Shown piece by piece: positions 29,983 through 39,622 of a DNA stretch of 64,000 nucleotides. The notes below the pieces were generated by a model, which saw only the letters and a program-made list of their open reading frames with translations, had not been told where the DNA came from and ran no database searches. The DNA is from Patescibacteria group bacterium (GTDB taxonomy: Bacteria; Patescibacteriota; Microgenomatia; UBA8517): NCBI GenBank assembly GCA_025999275.1, contig AP024680.1, forward strand, positions 1,957-65,956, in the 5' to 3' direction. A program made the position numbers and the translations under genes. Positions within the stretch are counted from its first letter, which is position 1; each line of letters opens with the position of its first letter.

Positions 29983-32288
29983 ATTTTTACAATTTTAAGC
30001 CTCAAAGAATTGCCAACGACAGATATTGAAGATAAAGCCATCGCCAAAGCCGCCAACATTGGATTAAGAAAAATCCCAAAAAATGGATATAAGGCCCCCA
30101 TTGCAACGGGAATAAGAAGGGTATTATAACCAAACGCCCAAAACAAATTCTGTTTTATAACAGATATGGTTGCTCGGCTTAATTTAAAAGAAGTTAAAAC
30201 AACCCTTATATCACGGTTTAGCAAAGTAATTCCAGCTGTCTCAATGGCCACATCACTACCTGTACCAATAGCAATACCAACATCAGCTGCAGCCAAAGCA
30301 GGAGCATCGTTGATTCCATCACCAACAAAAGCCACCACTCCATTTTCTTTTCTCTTCAAATCAGCAACTTTTAAAGCCTTTTGATCCGGCAAAACCTCAG
30401 CAAGAACATTTTCTATGCCAGCTTCTCTTGCAACCGATCTAGCAACTCTCATATTATCTCCAGTTATTAACCAAGCCTTAATTCCCATTTTTTTAAGCCT
30501 TTCCACAACTTCTTTAACAGCCGGCTTTAGTGTGTCAGCAATTGCAATAAGCCCTAAAAGTTCTTTATCATCAGAAAGAAAAACAACCGTCTTTCCATCC
30601 TCTTCCAGCTCCTTTATTGTCTTTTCCACATCTTTATCTATATTAATCACCGCTTTTTCCATTAATTTTCTGTTCCCCAAAATATACTTCTTACCATCTA
30701 TCCATCCTTCAATACCATATCCAGGAAATGATTTGAAATCCTTAACCTTCTTTAAGGGAAGATTTTTTTCCTTTGCTTTGGCCAAAATGGCCTCACCAAG
30801 TGCATGCTCTGATCCTTGTTCCAAAGATGCTGCAATATAAAGCAAATTTTGACTTTCGATTTCTGACTTTTGACTTTTAACTTTTGGTTTTTGAATTACA
30901 ATCACATCCTTCACCTGTGGCTTGCCTTTGGTTAATGTTCCCGTCTTGTCAAAAATAACAATCCTTGTTTTATGAGCGATCTCCAGACTTTCCGCATCTT
31001 TAACAAGAATTCCTTCTTCTGCCCCTCTACCAACTCCGACCATAATTGCAGTAGGAGTTGCCAACCCCATCGCGCAAGGGCAAGCAATAATTAAAACTGC
31101 AATCATATTTGTCAGCGCGTAAGAAAAATTTCCGAAGTCATACCAAACAACAAAAGTCAAAACAGCAAGCACCAAAACAATGGGGACAAAATAAGAAGAA
31201 ACAACATCAGCAAGCCTCTGAATTGGAGCCTTAGAACTTTGAGCTTCAGCCACCATTCTGACAATGTTTGAAAGCATAGTATCCTGCCCCACCCTCGTCG
31301 CCCGAAAAATAAAAGTTCCTGATTTATTTATAGTTCCTCCAATTACAGAATCACCAGTCTTTTTTTCAACCGGAATAGATTCCCCTGTGACCATCGACTC
31401 ATCAACACTACTTTGACCTTCAATAATTACTCCGTCTGTTGGTATCTTCTCCCCCGGTCTGACTCTAACAAGATCGCCTACCAAAACATCCTCAATTGAG
31501 ATATCAACCTCTTCGAACCTTTTATTTTCCTTAAAATCCTTATCTGTTAGCCTTTTGCCATTAACAGTTTGCAGTATACGCGCCGTTTTTGGTTGAAGCC
31601 CAATTAGTTTTTTTATGGCATCTGAAGTATGAGCCTTAGCTTTTGCTTCTAAATATCTGCCAAGAAGAATAAGGGTAATAATAACCGAGGCGGTGTCAAA
31701 ATACATATGCCCACCAAAAAACGCTGAATAAACTGAATAAAAAAAGGCAGCCGAGGTGCCAATTGAAATCAAAGTGTCCATGCTGGCAGTCCTATTTCGC
31801 AAACCAGACCAGGCAGCTTGATAAAAACTTTTACCAGCCCAAAATTGAACTGGCAATGTTAATATCAAAAGAATAAAAGGGCTAGATAAAATTTTGGGCA
31901 CAAAAGTAAACCAATCTGGAAAACTTCCTAAAAAAACAATAATAGAAAGAATAGAGGAGATCAAAACTTTTATTTTGAGTTTATTTAATTCTTTTGCCTT
32001 TTCTTCCTCTTTGATTTGATCAGCCGTCTTACCATCCAAAACATCTGAATCCTTAACAATGGCGCGGTAACCTGCTTCTTCAACCGACTTAGACAAAACT
32101 TCACTTGGTATTGAAGAATCACATTCAACAGTTGCCTGTTCGCTTGCATAATTTACAGAAGCTGATAAAACGCCTGGGGTTTTGACAAGTTTTCTCTCAA
32201 TTAATCTTGCGCAGGAAGCACAATGCATCCCAACAACAGGAAAGGAAACTTTCCTAATATTGTTAGCTTTCAAATTCATAAAAATCAT
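29979..32288 (-). CDS. copA: copper-translocating P1B-type ATPase; contains a 16-aa in-frame insert encoded by the TCAAAAG heptamer-repeat motif (30841-30900)
   Basis: N-terminal [14 protein letters not shown] ([11 protein letters not shown]), [17 protein letters not shown]. Insert [16 protein letters not shown] just before the LLxxAASLE...SEHALG region. Confidence 0.9.
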   Translation of the reverse strand: MIFMNLKANNIRKVSFPVVGMHCASCARLIERKLVKTPGVLSASVNYASEQATVECDSSIPSEVLSKSVEEAGYRAIVKDSDVLDGKTADQIKEEEKAKELNKLKIKVLISSILSIIVFLGSFPDWFTFVPKILSSPFILLILTLPVQFWAGKSFYQAAWSGLRNRTASMDTLISIGTSAAFFYSVYSAFFGGHMYFDTASVIITLILLGRYLEAKAKAHTSDAIKKLIGLQPKTARILQTVNGKRLTDKDFKENKRFEEVDISIEDVLVGDLVRVRPGEKIPTDGVIIEGQSSVDESMVTGESIPVEKKTGDSVIGGTINKSGTFIFRATRVGQDTMLSNIVRMVAEAQSSKAPIQRLADVVSSYFVPIVLVLAVLTFVVWYDFGNFSYALTNMIAVLIIACPCAMGLATPTAIMVGVGRGAEEGILVKDAESLEIAHKTRIVIFDKTGTLTKGKPQVKDVIVIQKPKVKSQKSEIESQNLLYIAASLEQGSEHALGEAILAKAKEKNLPLKKVKDFKSFPGYGIEGWIDGKKYILGNRKLMEKAVINIDKDVEKTIKELEEDGKTVVFLSDDKELLGLIAIADTLKPAVKEVVERLKKMGIKAWLITGDNMRVARSVAREAGIENVLAEVLPDQKALKVADLKRKENGVVAFVGDGINDAPALAAADVGIAIGTGSDVAIETAGITLLNRDIRVVLTSFKLSRATISVIKQNLFWAFGYNTLLIPVAMGALYPFFGIFLNPMLAALAMALSSISVVGNSLRLKIVKI

Positions 32289-32376
32289 TCTTTACCAGAA
32301 AAGAAAAACCAAAGAATTAAAAAAACTAAAAATAGACCAGAAAAAGTTACCAAGATTTTATCAAGAGGCATACATC

Positions 32377-32664
32377 TTAAATCTTATTTCTAAAAACAGT
32401 CAAAATTTCATCAATCAACTTTTTTTCATCTATTCTTCCCTTTTTTGCCTGGTCAATAACACAAGACTGGAGATGATTCTTTAGTACTATTTCATCAACT
32501 TTCCTCAATGCTTCCTGAACAGCCCTAGATTGATTAATCACATTAATACAATATCTATCCTCATCTACCATCTCAATTACCTTTTCAAGATGTCCCTTTG
32601 CAATCTTTAGACGATGAATAATCTGGCTTTTAAGTGGCTCTTTTCTGTATAACCTTGTATTCAT
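32377..32664 (-). CDS. csoR: CsoR/RcnR-family metal-sensing repressor
   Basis: RYCINVINQSRAVQEAL core with Cys/His ligand positions. 95 aa. Confidence 0.75.
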   Translation of the reverse strand: MNTRLYRKEPLKSQIIHRLKIAKGHLEKVIEMVDEDRYCINVINQSRAVQEALRKVDEIVLKNHLQSCVIDQAKKGRIDEKKLIDEILTVFRNKI

Positions 32665-32737
32665 ATTCGTCTTGACATCCCCATATGGGGGATATAGAAT
32701 ATTTTAATCAATTTGCTGTATTCTTGTCAAGATAAAC

Positions 32738-33739
32738 ATGATAAGCAATATCTGGCTTGCTTTTATCACCGGCCTAACAACAGGAGGAGTTTCCTGCTTT
32801 GCAGTTCAGGGCGGACTTCTTGCAAGTTCAATTGCCGGACAAAAAGAGGCTGATCAAAGAAAATCTTTAATAGGCTTTCTTGTATCAAGAATCATTGCTT
32901 ACACTTTACTTGGTTTTTTACTGGGTGCAATTGGATCAAGTCTTGTTATATCCCCCAAAACACAAGGTATTATGCAAATTATAGCCGGCTTATTTATGAT
33001 CTTAACAGCCGCTAAGCTTCTTGAAATCCACCCCATATTCAAAAGAATAGACATAACCCCGCCAAAAAGTTTTTTTAGGATTCTTAGAAAAAAAAGCATG
33101 GATAAAAGCATATTCTCCTCTTCTATTCTTGGTTTTCTAACAATTCTTATCCCCTGCGGGGTGACACAAGCTATGATGCTTCTGTCTATCGCCTCAGGCA
33201 GCGCCATTTGGGGAGGATTAATACTTGGAAGTTTTACTCTTGGCACCACTCCAATATTTTTAGTAATGGGAATTGCCTGGGAAAAAATTTTTAAATACCA
33301 AGCTCTAAAATATATAGCCGCCTCAATCATTATTTTTTTAGGAATAACATCAATTAACACCGGCCAGACTTTAAGAGGATCTGTCCACACACTCAAAAAC
33401 TACTGGCTGGCAGCAACAGGAAAACTAGAAAAGCAGATGGATTCTACTAAAACAGCAGGAGTCAACTCTGAAGGAAAGCAAGAGGTTAAAGTGGTTGTTA
33501 GCTCTAAAGGTTACAGCTCCGATGTCAAAACGCTAAAAGCAGGTGTCCCTGTAAAATTAATCGTAAAATCAGATAATGTCATAGGTTGTGCAAGATCATT
33601 TACTATTCCTGAATACAATATCTCCCAAGTTCTGCCTCAAGAAGGAGAAACAATAATCGAATTTACTCCAACTAAAAAGGGAAAGTTAGTATATACTTGC
33701 AGTATGGGAATGTTTAGCAATTTCTTTGAAGTAGAATAA
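32738..33739 (+). CDS. membrane permease (TauE/CcdA-like) fused to C-terminal cupredoxin-like copper-binding domain
   Basis: About 6 TM N-terminal part. C-terminal KVVVSSKGYSSDVKTLKAGVPVKLIVKSDNVIGCARSFTIPE...EFTPTKKGKLVYTCSMGMFS (FTC-x-MGM cupredoxin_1-like). Confidence 0.5.
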   Translation: MISNIWLAFITGLTTGGVSCFAVQGGLLASSIAGQKEADQRKSLIGFLVSRIIAYTLLGFLLGAIGSSLVISPKTQGIMQIIAGLFMILTAAKLLEIHPIFKRIDITPPKSFFRILRKKSMDKSIFSSSILGFLTILIPCGVTQAMMLLSIASGSAIWGGLILGSFTLGTTPIFLVMGIAWEKIFKYQALKYIAASIIIFLGITSINTGQTLRGSVHTLKNYWLAATGKLEKQMDSTKTAGVNSEGKQEVKVVVSSKGYSSDVKTLKAGVPVKLIVKSDNVIGCARSFTIPEYNISQVLPQEGETIIEFTPTKKGKLVYTCSMGMFSNFFEVE

Positions 33740-33741
33740 AA

Positions 33742-33939
33742 ATGATGAAAAAATATAAAATCGAGGGAATGAACTGCGCTTCGTGCGCCAAGATGATAGA
33801 ACTAGATTTAGAGGATGCTGGCATAAAAGCTTCTTGCAATTATTCTCAAGGGCTGTTGGAAGTAGATAAAAATGCCCAAGAAAACAACTTAAGAAAGGTA
33901 TTAGAAAAGAATGGCTACAAGATAAAACCTCTAAAGTAA
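33742..33939 (+). CDS. copZ: copper chaperone (HMA domain)
   Basis: GMNCASCAKMIE. 65 aa. Confidence 0.8.
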   Translation: MMKKYKIEGMNCASCAKMIELDLEDAGIKASCNYSQGLLEVDKNAQENNLRKVLEKNGYKIKPLK

Positions 33940-33940
33940 A

Positions 33941-34789
33941 TCACTCCCCCAAAGCAGCTTTGACTGCTGATTCCATATCAGTGAAGCTGTAAGCGCCATC
34001 AAAGCGGGTTTCATTAACAAAAAACCCTGGTGTACCCTGAACTCCAAGACTACTAGCCAAAGACATATCTGAGGCTAACCTATCATCATACTTACCACTA
34101 TCCAAACATTCTTTCATTTTTGCAGGATCAACTGCAGACTTGAGAAACTGCGCCAAGTCGCCTGATTTTGTTTTGTCGTTCCTAACCTTATCATTCAAAA
34201 GGTTATATCCAGCAGAAGACATTAAAAGATCATGAACCTGCCAGAATTTATCCATCTCATAAGCACAGTAAAGAGCTTTTGCACCCATTTCTCCATTGCC
34301 ATGGCCGGGATAATAAATATAAACAAAAGAAGCTTTGCCTTGATCTACCAGTTTTTTCATCTCCTCAACAGGAGCTCTGTAAGAACCACCATCTTTTACC
34401 AATTTAAATCTTGGGTTTGAATTGTTAAGCTCTGAATTCTTGCCTGATGCTATTCCACAAAACGGGCAGCTTGTGTCTGAAATCTCCACAAAAATAAGCT
34501 TGCTATCTTTATTACCAAACTTAATCAAATCTTTATCAAAAAGCCCACGGATTGTGTCCATATCCACTTTTGCCGCTGGTTGCTGAACTTGAGAAGGCGT
34601 GTTTGTGGCTTGATTGGCAGAATTTCCTCTCTCAAGCGTCCTTACTTTCTGCCAAAGGGTCCCAACAAAAAAAGCCAAGATTATAGAGAGAATAACAAAT
34701 AAAGGAGAAGCTTTCTCGAAGAAACTTTTATCTTCCTGATTTGCCATAGAAGTATTTTGCCTATATTTTAAAAGTTTGTCAACCGCCAA
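33941..34789 (-). CDS. membrane-anchored DsbA-like thiol:disulfide oxidoreductase
   Basis: TM anchor. Thioredoxin-fold CxxC (SCPFCG). Confidence 0.7.
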   Translation of the reverse strand: MAVDKLLKYRQNTSMANQEDKSFFEKASPLFVILSIILAFFVGTLWQKVRTLERGNSANQATNTPSQVQQPAAKVDMDTIRGLFDKDLIKFGNKDSKLIFVEISDTSCPFCGIASGKNSELNNSNPRFKLVKDGGSYRAPVEEMKKLVDQGKASFVYIYYPGHGNGEMGAKALYCAYEMDKFWQVHDLLMSSAGYNLLNDKVRNDKTKSGDLAQFLKSAVDPAKMKECLDSGKYDDRLASDMSLASSLGVQGTPGFFVNETRFDGAYSFTDMESAVKAALGE

Positions 34790-35729
34790 TTTCCAAATTT
34801 TCTAAATATGAAAGAGTATCAAGCGCTGCCATACAGCCAAAACCGGCAGCGGTTACCGCTTGCCTATACCTAAAGTCATGGACATCCCCAGCCACAAAAA
34901 CACCAGGAACATTAGTCTTGGTATGATCAAACACCTTTATGTATCCCTTTTCATCCACTTCAATCTTTTCTTTAAATATCTCGCTCTGAGGAACATGCCC
35001 AATGGCAACAAAAAGTCCATCGAAAGGTTCCTCTCTAACCTCTTGTGTTTTATTGTTAACTAAAACAAGACTAGATAATTTATCTTGTCCTTTAGCCTCC
35101 TTTACTTCAGTGTTCCAATAAACCTTAATCTTTGGATTTTTGAAAACTTTATCCTGCATTATCTTTGAGGCTCTAAATTCATCTCTTCTGTGAATTATTA
35201 TCACCTGCGAGGCATATTTAGACAAAACTAAAGCCTCTTCCATTGCCGAATCCCCCCCACCAACAACTGCCACCTTTTTATCTTTGAAAAAATAAGCATC
35301 GCAAGGAGCGCAAGAAGAAACACCTCGTCCAATCAATTCCTTTACACCCGGTGCATCAAGCCATTTGGTTGAAGCGCCAGTGGCAATAATTATTGATCTG
35401 CTTTTATAAGAAGCGTTGTCTGTCTTAACTTCAAAATAACCACTACCTATATCAATTTGTCTTGCATCCTGATCCTTAATAACTGCCCCAAACCTTTCAG
35501 CCTGCAAGCGCATATTTTGCATTAATTCTGGCCCTAAGATACCTTTGGGAAAACCAGGAAAATTTTCAACCTCAGTAGTTAACATCAACTGCCCCCCCCA
35601 AGTTGAACCTGCCAAAACTAAAGTAGAAGCAGCGCCCCGAGAAGTATAAATTGCTGCTGTTAAAGCCGCAGGCCCTGACCCAATTATTAAAACATCCCAC
35701 AAATTAACCCCGCTAATATTTTTTTCCAT
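34779..35729 (-). CDS. trxB: thioredoxin reductase
   Basis: GSGPAALTAAIY FAD motif, redox-active CAPCD, GGGDSAMEEA NADPH motif. Confidence 0.9.
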   Translation of the reverse strand: MEKNISGVNLWDVLIIGSGPAALTAAIYTSRGAASTLVLAGSTWGGQLMLTTEVENFPGFPKGILGPELMQNMRLQAERFGAVIKDQDARQIDIGSGYFEVKTDNASYKSRSIIIATGASTKWLDAPGVKELIGRGVSSCAPCDAYFFKDKKVAVVGGGDSAMEEALVLSKYASQVIIIHRRDEFRASKIMQDKVFKNPKIKVYWNTEVKEAKGQDKLSSLVLVNNKTQEVREEPFDGLFVAIGHVPQSEIFKEKIEVDEKGYIKVFDHTKTNVPGVFVAGDVHDFRYRQAVTAAGFGCMAALDTLSYLENLEIGG

Positions 35730-35747
35730 AAGCTCGCCAACACTAAA

Positions 35748-36155
35748 CTAAGCCGCTTGAGGTGGATTATTTTCTCCACCAGTAGTTTGGTCAGAAGGAG
35801 TAGTTACTACTCCACCAGCGGAAGGATACTGACTGGCAGGATCTACTGGATTGACCTGCTCTGGAACTACCTGCTGCGGTTCACTTGACTGACTCACAAT
35901 TGATTGTGTTGGTTGTTGCTCCATCGTTTGTGCCATTTCTTGAACAGCTGGTATACTTGAAGCCACCTCGTGAACAGGATTAACTGGCGACTCGGGTGCT
36001 TGAGCAACTTGAGATGTAGGTTCTGTTTGAACCTGGGCTGGTTGATCAGTTACTACTCCCATTGGCTGAGAATCACTGACTTGTGGTTGTTGCGTCTGAT
36101 CTGAGACTACTCCTTGTTGTTGTTGTTGGTCATTTGGATCCATTATTATCACCAC
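35748..36155 (-). CDS. low-complexity Gln/Pro/Val-rich protein (GC-rich gene)
   Basis: 135-aa ORF rich in Q, P, V, S, T. Higher GC than neighbours. Confidence 0.35.
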   Translation of the reverse strand: MVIIMDPNDQQQQQGVVSDQTQQPQVSDSQPMGVVTDQPAQVQTEPTSQVAQAPESPVNPVHEVASSIPAVQEMAQTMEQQPTQSIVSQSSEPQQVVPEQVNPVDPASQYPSAGGVVTTPSDQTTGGENNPPQAA

Positions 36156-36160
36156 CTTTC

Positions 36161-36520
36161 TTAACTATAATTCTTAAGCAAATTTTCAAAACCTTCTTTA
36201 CCCGCAAAACCAACTTGGCGTGAAACTTCTCTACCCTTATCAAAGAGGATTGTTGTAGGAATTGACATCACACCATATCTTGAAGCTAAATCAGGATTGT
36301 TATCAACATTAACTTTTACAAACTCAACCTTGCCTTTATAAGACTCTGACAATTCTTCCAAAACCGGCTCTGCCATTCGGCAAGGACCACACCAAGGAGC
36401 CCAAAAATCAACCAAAACCGGAGTGTTAGCTTTTAAAACATTATCTTCAAACTCTTGGCTATTTAAATCAGCTAAAGTCATAACAAAAAGAATATAAATT
36501 AAAATACTAGATAAAGTCAA
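36161..36520 (-). CDS. trxA: thioredoxin
   Basis: WAPWCGPC active site. Confidence 0.85.
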   Translation of the reverse strand: MTLSSILIYILFVMTLADLNSQEFEDNVLKANTPVLVDFWAPWCGPCRMAEPVLEELSESYKGKVEFVKVNVDNNPDLASRYGVMSIPTTILFDKGREVSRQVGFAGKEGFENLLKNYS

Positions 36521-36523
36521 CCC

Positions 36524-37063
36524 TTAAAAAAGGAAACTTAAAAGTAAAAAACTAGAAAAAACAATAATCCAGTAAAAAAGCTGGTTTCGACCCTCAATCT
36601 TTACCTGCCAAAAACCATTTTTCCATAAATCAAGGTTGCCAGATTCTAATAAATCCGATAATTGATCAACAAAAAGATGAAGTGAAAACGCCAAAACCAA
36701 ACCAATTGCCAGATAATTTCCAGATGATGAAACTACCCAAAAAGTCAAGACAAGAAAAATAAGCTGGAAAGAAAATGAGTGAAAAACCTGGTGAGTTCTA
36801 TTATCTTTAGCATCCCAAAGAATCAATAGTCCCTTCAAATATTGCCTATTCTTAAAATAGTAAAGTGCTCTTTGGGAAGCTAAATCATTTTTGTTGAGTA
36901 AAAAGGCATAAAGAAGATGATCCAAATCAACCACAAAAGTGCCAACTATTCCACCCAACCAAAAAGGAATTGAATACAAAGAAAATAAATTTCTTTTGAT
37001 TGCAAGGAAGATAAAAAAACCAAGGAAGAAAAGATAATGAATCAAAAGTTCCCGTTTAATCAT
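36524..37063 (-). CDS. hypothetical integral membrane protein
   Basis: 179 aa, 4-5 TM segments. Confidence 0.4.
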   Translation of the reverse strand: MIKRELLIHYLFFLGFFIFLAIKRNLFSLYSIPFWLGGIVGTFVVDLDHLLYAFLLNKNDLASQRALYYFKNRQYLKGLLILWDAKDNRTHQVFHSFSFQLIFLVLTFWVVSSSGNYLAIGLVLAFSLHLFVDQLSDLLESGNLDLWKNGFWQVKIEGRNQLFYWIIVFSSFLLLSFLF

Positions 37064-37106
37064 TCTAAATTAATAATAGACGATTTTTAAGTCAGTTTCA
37101 AAACCT

Positions 37107-37397
37107 CTAATCAGGAGAAAAATTAACCTTAAAATCATCAAATTTGTCAAGATCATCGCTCCAAACAAAATTTACCTTAGAAACACGAGCTAAAGGGGAT
37201 CCAACTTTTGCATACTCAATCAGTTTTTCTAAAGCTTCCTTTTCCCCTTGAGCAACTATCTTCACCCTACCGTCTTTAAGATTCCCCACCCAACCAAAAA
37301 GACCAAGTTCCCGTGCCTTTTTCAAAATAAACGCTCTAAAGAAAACCCCCTGAACCCTACCTGAAACAAAAATTTCTACTTTCTTCTCCATAAACAA
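37107..37397 (-). CDS. acylphosphatase
   Basis: VSGRVQGVFFR and GWVGNLKDGRV signatures. Confidence 0.8.
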   Translation of the reverse strand: MFMEKKVEIFVSGRVQGVFFRAFILKKARELGLFGWVGNLKDGRVKIVAQGEKEALEKLIEYAKVGSPLARVSKVNFVWSDDLDKFDDFKVNFSPD

Positions 37398-37699
37398 ACA
37401 TCAAGCCTTACTTTACCATTTTTATCAAAAGAAACCCCTTCGGACAACAATCTTTCCCTCTGAACACCAACCCCTCCAAAAGCAAATTTTTCTGATAAAG
37501 AACCGTCTTTAAAAACCACTCTATAACATGGTATTTTTTTAGGATCGGGGTTTAAATGAAGAATTCTACCAACAAGTCTTGGACTAACATTTTTGCCATA
37601 AGACGAGACTTCTTTAGCTATCTGCCCATATGTTAAAACCATCCCTTTTGGAATCTCAGAAACCACCTTATAAACCAAATCAGAAACTTCTTCAACCAT
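37376..37699 (-). CDS. methylated-DNA-protein-cysteine methyltransferase-like DNA-binding domain protein
   Basis: ...VLTYGQIAKEV...IPCYRVV (PCHRV-like active-site region). Confidence 0.65.
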   Translation of the reverse strand: MVEEVSDLVYKVVSEIPKGMVLTYGQIAKEVSSYGKNVSPRLVGRILHLNPDPKKIPCYRVVFKDGSLSEKFAFGGVGVQRERLLSEGVSFDKNGKVRLDVCLWRRK

Positions 37700-37701
37700 A
37701 T

Positions 37702-37989
37702 CTACTTACTTTTTCTAAGCTGGTTGAGCTTCCACATAAACAAACGCGGTTTTGACTTAACTTTATAAGCATCCTTTACAAAACTACGAGCTGATTCAAG
37801 AAGAGGCCTTGGCACCTCTTTTGCCAGTTTAATATACAAGGATCTGTTTTTAAGATCACCAAGTTCCTTTGCCAACTCATAGCCATACTTTTGAAATTCA
37901 TAAGCAATATATTTATCTTGATCGGATTTAAAATCAGACAGAAGGTCAGATATCTTAAAAAAAGAACCCTGATTATCCTTCCCTGTCAT
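37702..37989 (-). CDS. hypothetical protein
   Basis: 95-aa ORF, basic C-terminus. Confidence 0.3.
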   Translation of the reverse strand: MTGKDNQGSFFKISDLLSDFKSDQDKYIAYEFQKYGYELAKELGDLKNRSLYIKLAKEVPRPLLESARSFVKDAYKVKSKPRLFMWKLNQLRKSK

Positions 37990-37992
37990 ATT

Positions 37993-38523
37993 CTATTTAT
38001 GAATTCTTTCGATCAAATCCCTCGAAGCTTTAGAAATTACACTTCTAATAACTTCCTTCTCATTATCCAAAAAATTCTCAAGAACATACTGTTCCCCCAA
38101 AATCCTATTATCTTTGTCCCTATTCTCAACGCCTATCCTTATATGCCAAAAGTCAGAGCCACCCAAGCTTTCAATTACCGACCAAACACCATTATGTGTC
38201 TTTGGAGGCTTATCCTTTACAATTTTGTATTCACCCAAGGCAATATCCAAATCGTCATAAACAAGGTAAAAATCATCAAAATCAATCTCATAATAATCAA
38301 ACAATCTCTTGACCGCTCTGCCTGAATTGTTCATAAAAGTTAACGGCTTGGCCAAGATTAAGTCTGGAGTTTTTAGAACCAAGCTCTCAAATTTTGAATT
38401 CTTTTCAAAATCAACACCTAAACCTAATTCTTTAACAATAAAATCAATAAAAACAAAACCGACATTATGCCGATTGTTTTTATATTTCTCATTGTAGTTG
38501 CCTAAACCAACAATTAATTTCAT
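37993..38523 (-). CDS. pth: peptidyl-tRNA hydrolase (start adjusted to internal MKLIVGLGN to remove overlap with pcm)
   Basis: LIVGLGN...RHNVGF N-terminal signature. The track ORF extends 29 codons further upstream into the pcm gene. Confidence 0.8.
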   Translation of the reverse strand: MKLIVGLGNYNEKYKNNRHNVGFVFIDFIVKELGLGVDFEKNSKFESLVLKTPDLILAKPLTFMNNSGRAVKRLFDYYEIDFDDFYLVYDDLDIALGEYKIVKDKPPKTHNGVWSVIESLGGSDFWHIRIGVENRDKDNRILGEQYVLENFLDNEKEVIRSVISKASRDLIERIHK

Positions 38524-38548
38524 CAAACCTATTTTACACCCAAAAACG

Positions 38549-39193
38549 CTAATTTTTCCTAACAAAGGGGACAAAATGGAAAATGCCAAACTCTTCCTTT
38601 CTAAATTCACCCGATTTAAGCTTAGTCAAACGCAGCATTTTTTTATCCTCCCCCTCTCCAACTGGTGCCACCAATCTACCCCCAACTTTAAGCTGATCTT
38701 TTAGAGGTTGAGGAATTCTTTTCTCAAGTCCTGCGGTAATCAAAATTCCATCAAAAGGAGCTGCCTCTTCCCAACCATATTCGCCGTTTCCCTTCTTAAC
38801 AAAAATGTTTCTATACCCCAACTTTTTAAGCCTTTTCTTTGCCTCTTTTGCAAGCCTTCCTATTATCTCAATTGTATAAACCTCATCAAAAAGATAAGAC
38901 AAAATTGCCGCCTGATAGCCGCTTCCTGTCCCAACTTCCAAAACCCTTCTGCCATTCTTTTTCCAATTTTTGTAGTTTCCAATAAGAAGATGTGTCATTA
39001 AAGCAACCGTGTAAGGCTGAGAAATTGTCTGTCCGCAGTTGATAGGTAAAGCAGAATCATTATAGGCAAGATGAAAATAAGGCAAAGGAACAAATTCTTC
39101 TCTAGGAACTTTAAGCATTACCTTAAAAACCAAAGGAGAATCAAGATTATAGAGGTTTTTGATTTCCTCAATCATCTCTTTGGCCTTTTTCAT
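38549..39193 (-). CDS. pcm: protein-L-isoaspartate O-methyltransferase
   Basis: VLEVGTGSGYQAAIL SAM motif. 214 aa. Confidence 0.8.
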   Translation of the reverse strand: MKKAKEMIEEIKNLYNLDSPLVFKVMLKVPREEFVPLPYFHLAYNDSALPINCGQTISQPYTVALMTHLLIGNYKNWKKNGRRVLEVGTGSGYQAAILSYLFDEVYTIEIIGRLAKEAKKRLKKLGYRNIFVKKGNGEYGWEEAAPFDGILITAGLEKRIPQPLKDQLKVGGRLVAPVGEGEDKKMLRLTKLKSGEFRKEEFGIFHFVPFVRKN

Positions 39194-39194
39194 T

Positions 39195-39560
39195 TTAGAC
39201 CATTTTTGCTACAAACTTACCAATATAAGGCAACTCCCATTTTTCTCCCTGATAAGCTTTATAAATCAGCATTAGCCAAAGGACAAAGCCACCAATCATT
39301 AAAATTCCACTTAAAAGCGGTCCCACCCAGGCCAAAAACACCGTCAACCCCAAAACTACACTAATTATTCCCAAAACCCACGAGGCAACAAAAAACACTA
39401 AAGAGACAGCTATTGACTGCATTGCGTGAAATCTGACGAAAGGATCTTTCTCAATTATTAAGAAAATAATTCCTGTAATAAAACCCAAAACATAAGATAA
39501 GGCCGCCGAAGTTTCTTTTTTCAATCCTGTCCCTGCTTTTAATTCTGCCAAGATAATCAC
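39195..39560 (-). CDS. small integral membrane protein
   Basis: 121 aa, 3 TM. Confidence 0.4.
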   Translation of the reverse strand: MIILAELKAGTGLKKETSAALSYVLGFITGIIFLIIEKDPFVRFHAMQSIAVSLVFFVASWVLGIISVVLGLTVFLAWVGPLLSGILMIGGFVLWLMLIYKAYQGEKWELPYIGKFVAKMV

Positions 39561-39622
39561 CCCCCCTCTTTAATCTTAATATTCTCAGAAAAACAACCCC
39601 CTGTCAACCAACGAGCAAAGAG

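Noticed and set aside
30166-30840. Track ORFs antisense within copA (30166..30384, 30415..30840) and similar antisense ORFs within ftsH, the ligase, the RNR and both large ATPases
   Set aside because: They are embedded antisense in well-supported genes with clear motifs and have low-complexity translations.
38549-38610. 62-nt overlap between pth and pcm, and long N-terminal extensions on ppa and fpg track ORFs
   Set aside because: Each is resolved by using the internal Met that restores the conserved N-terminus (MKLIVGLGN; MDFNKI; MPELPEVE). They are ORF-caller artefacts, not biology.
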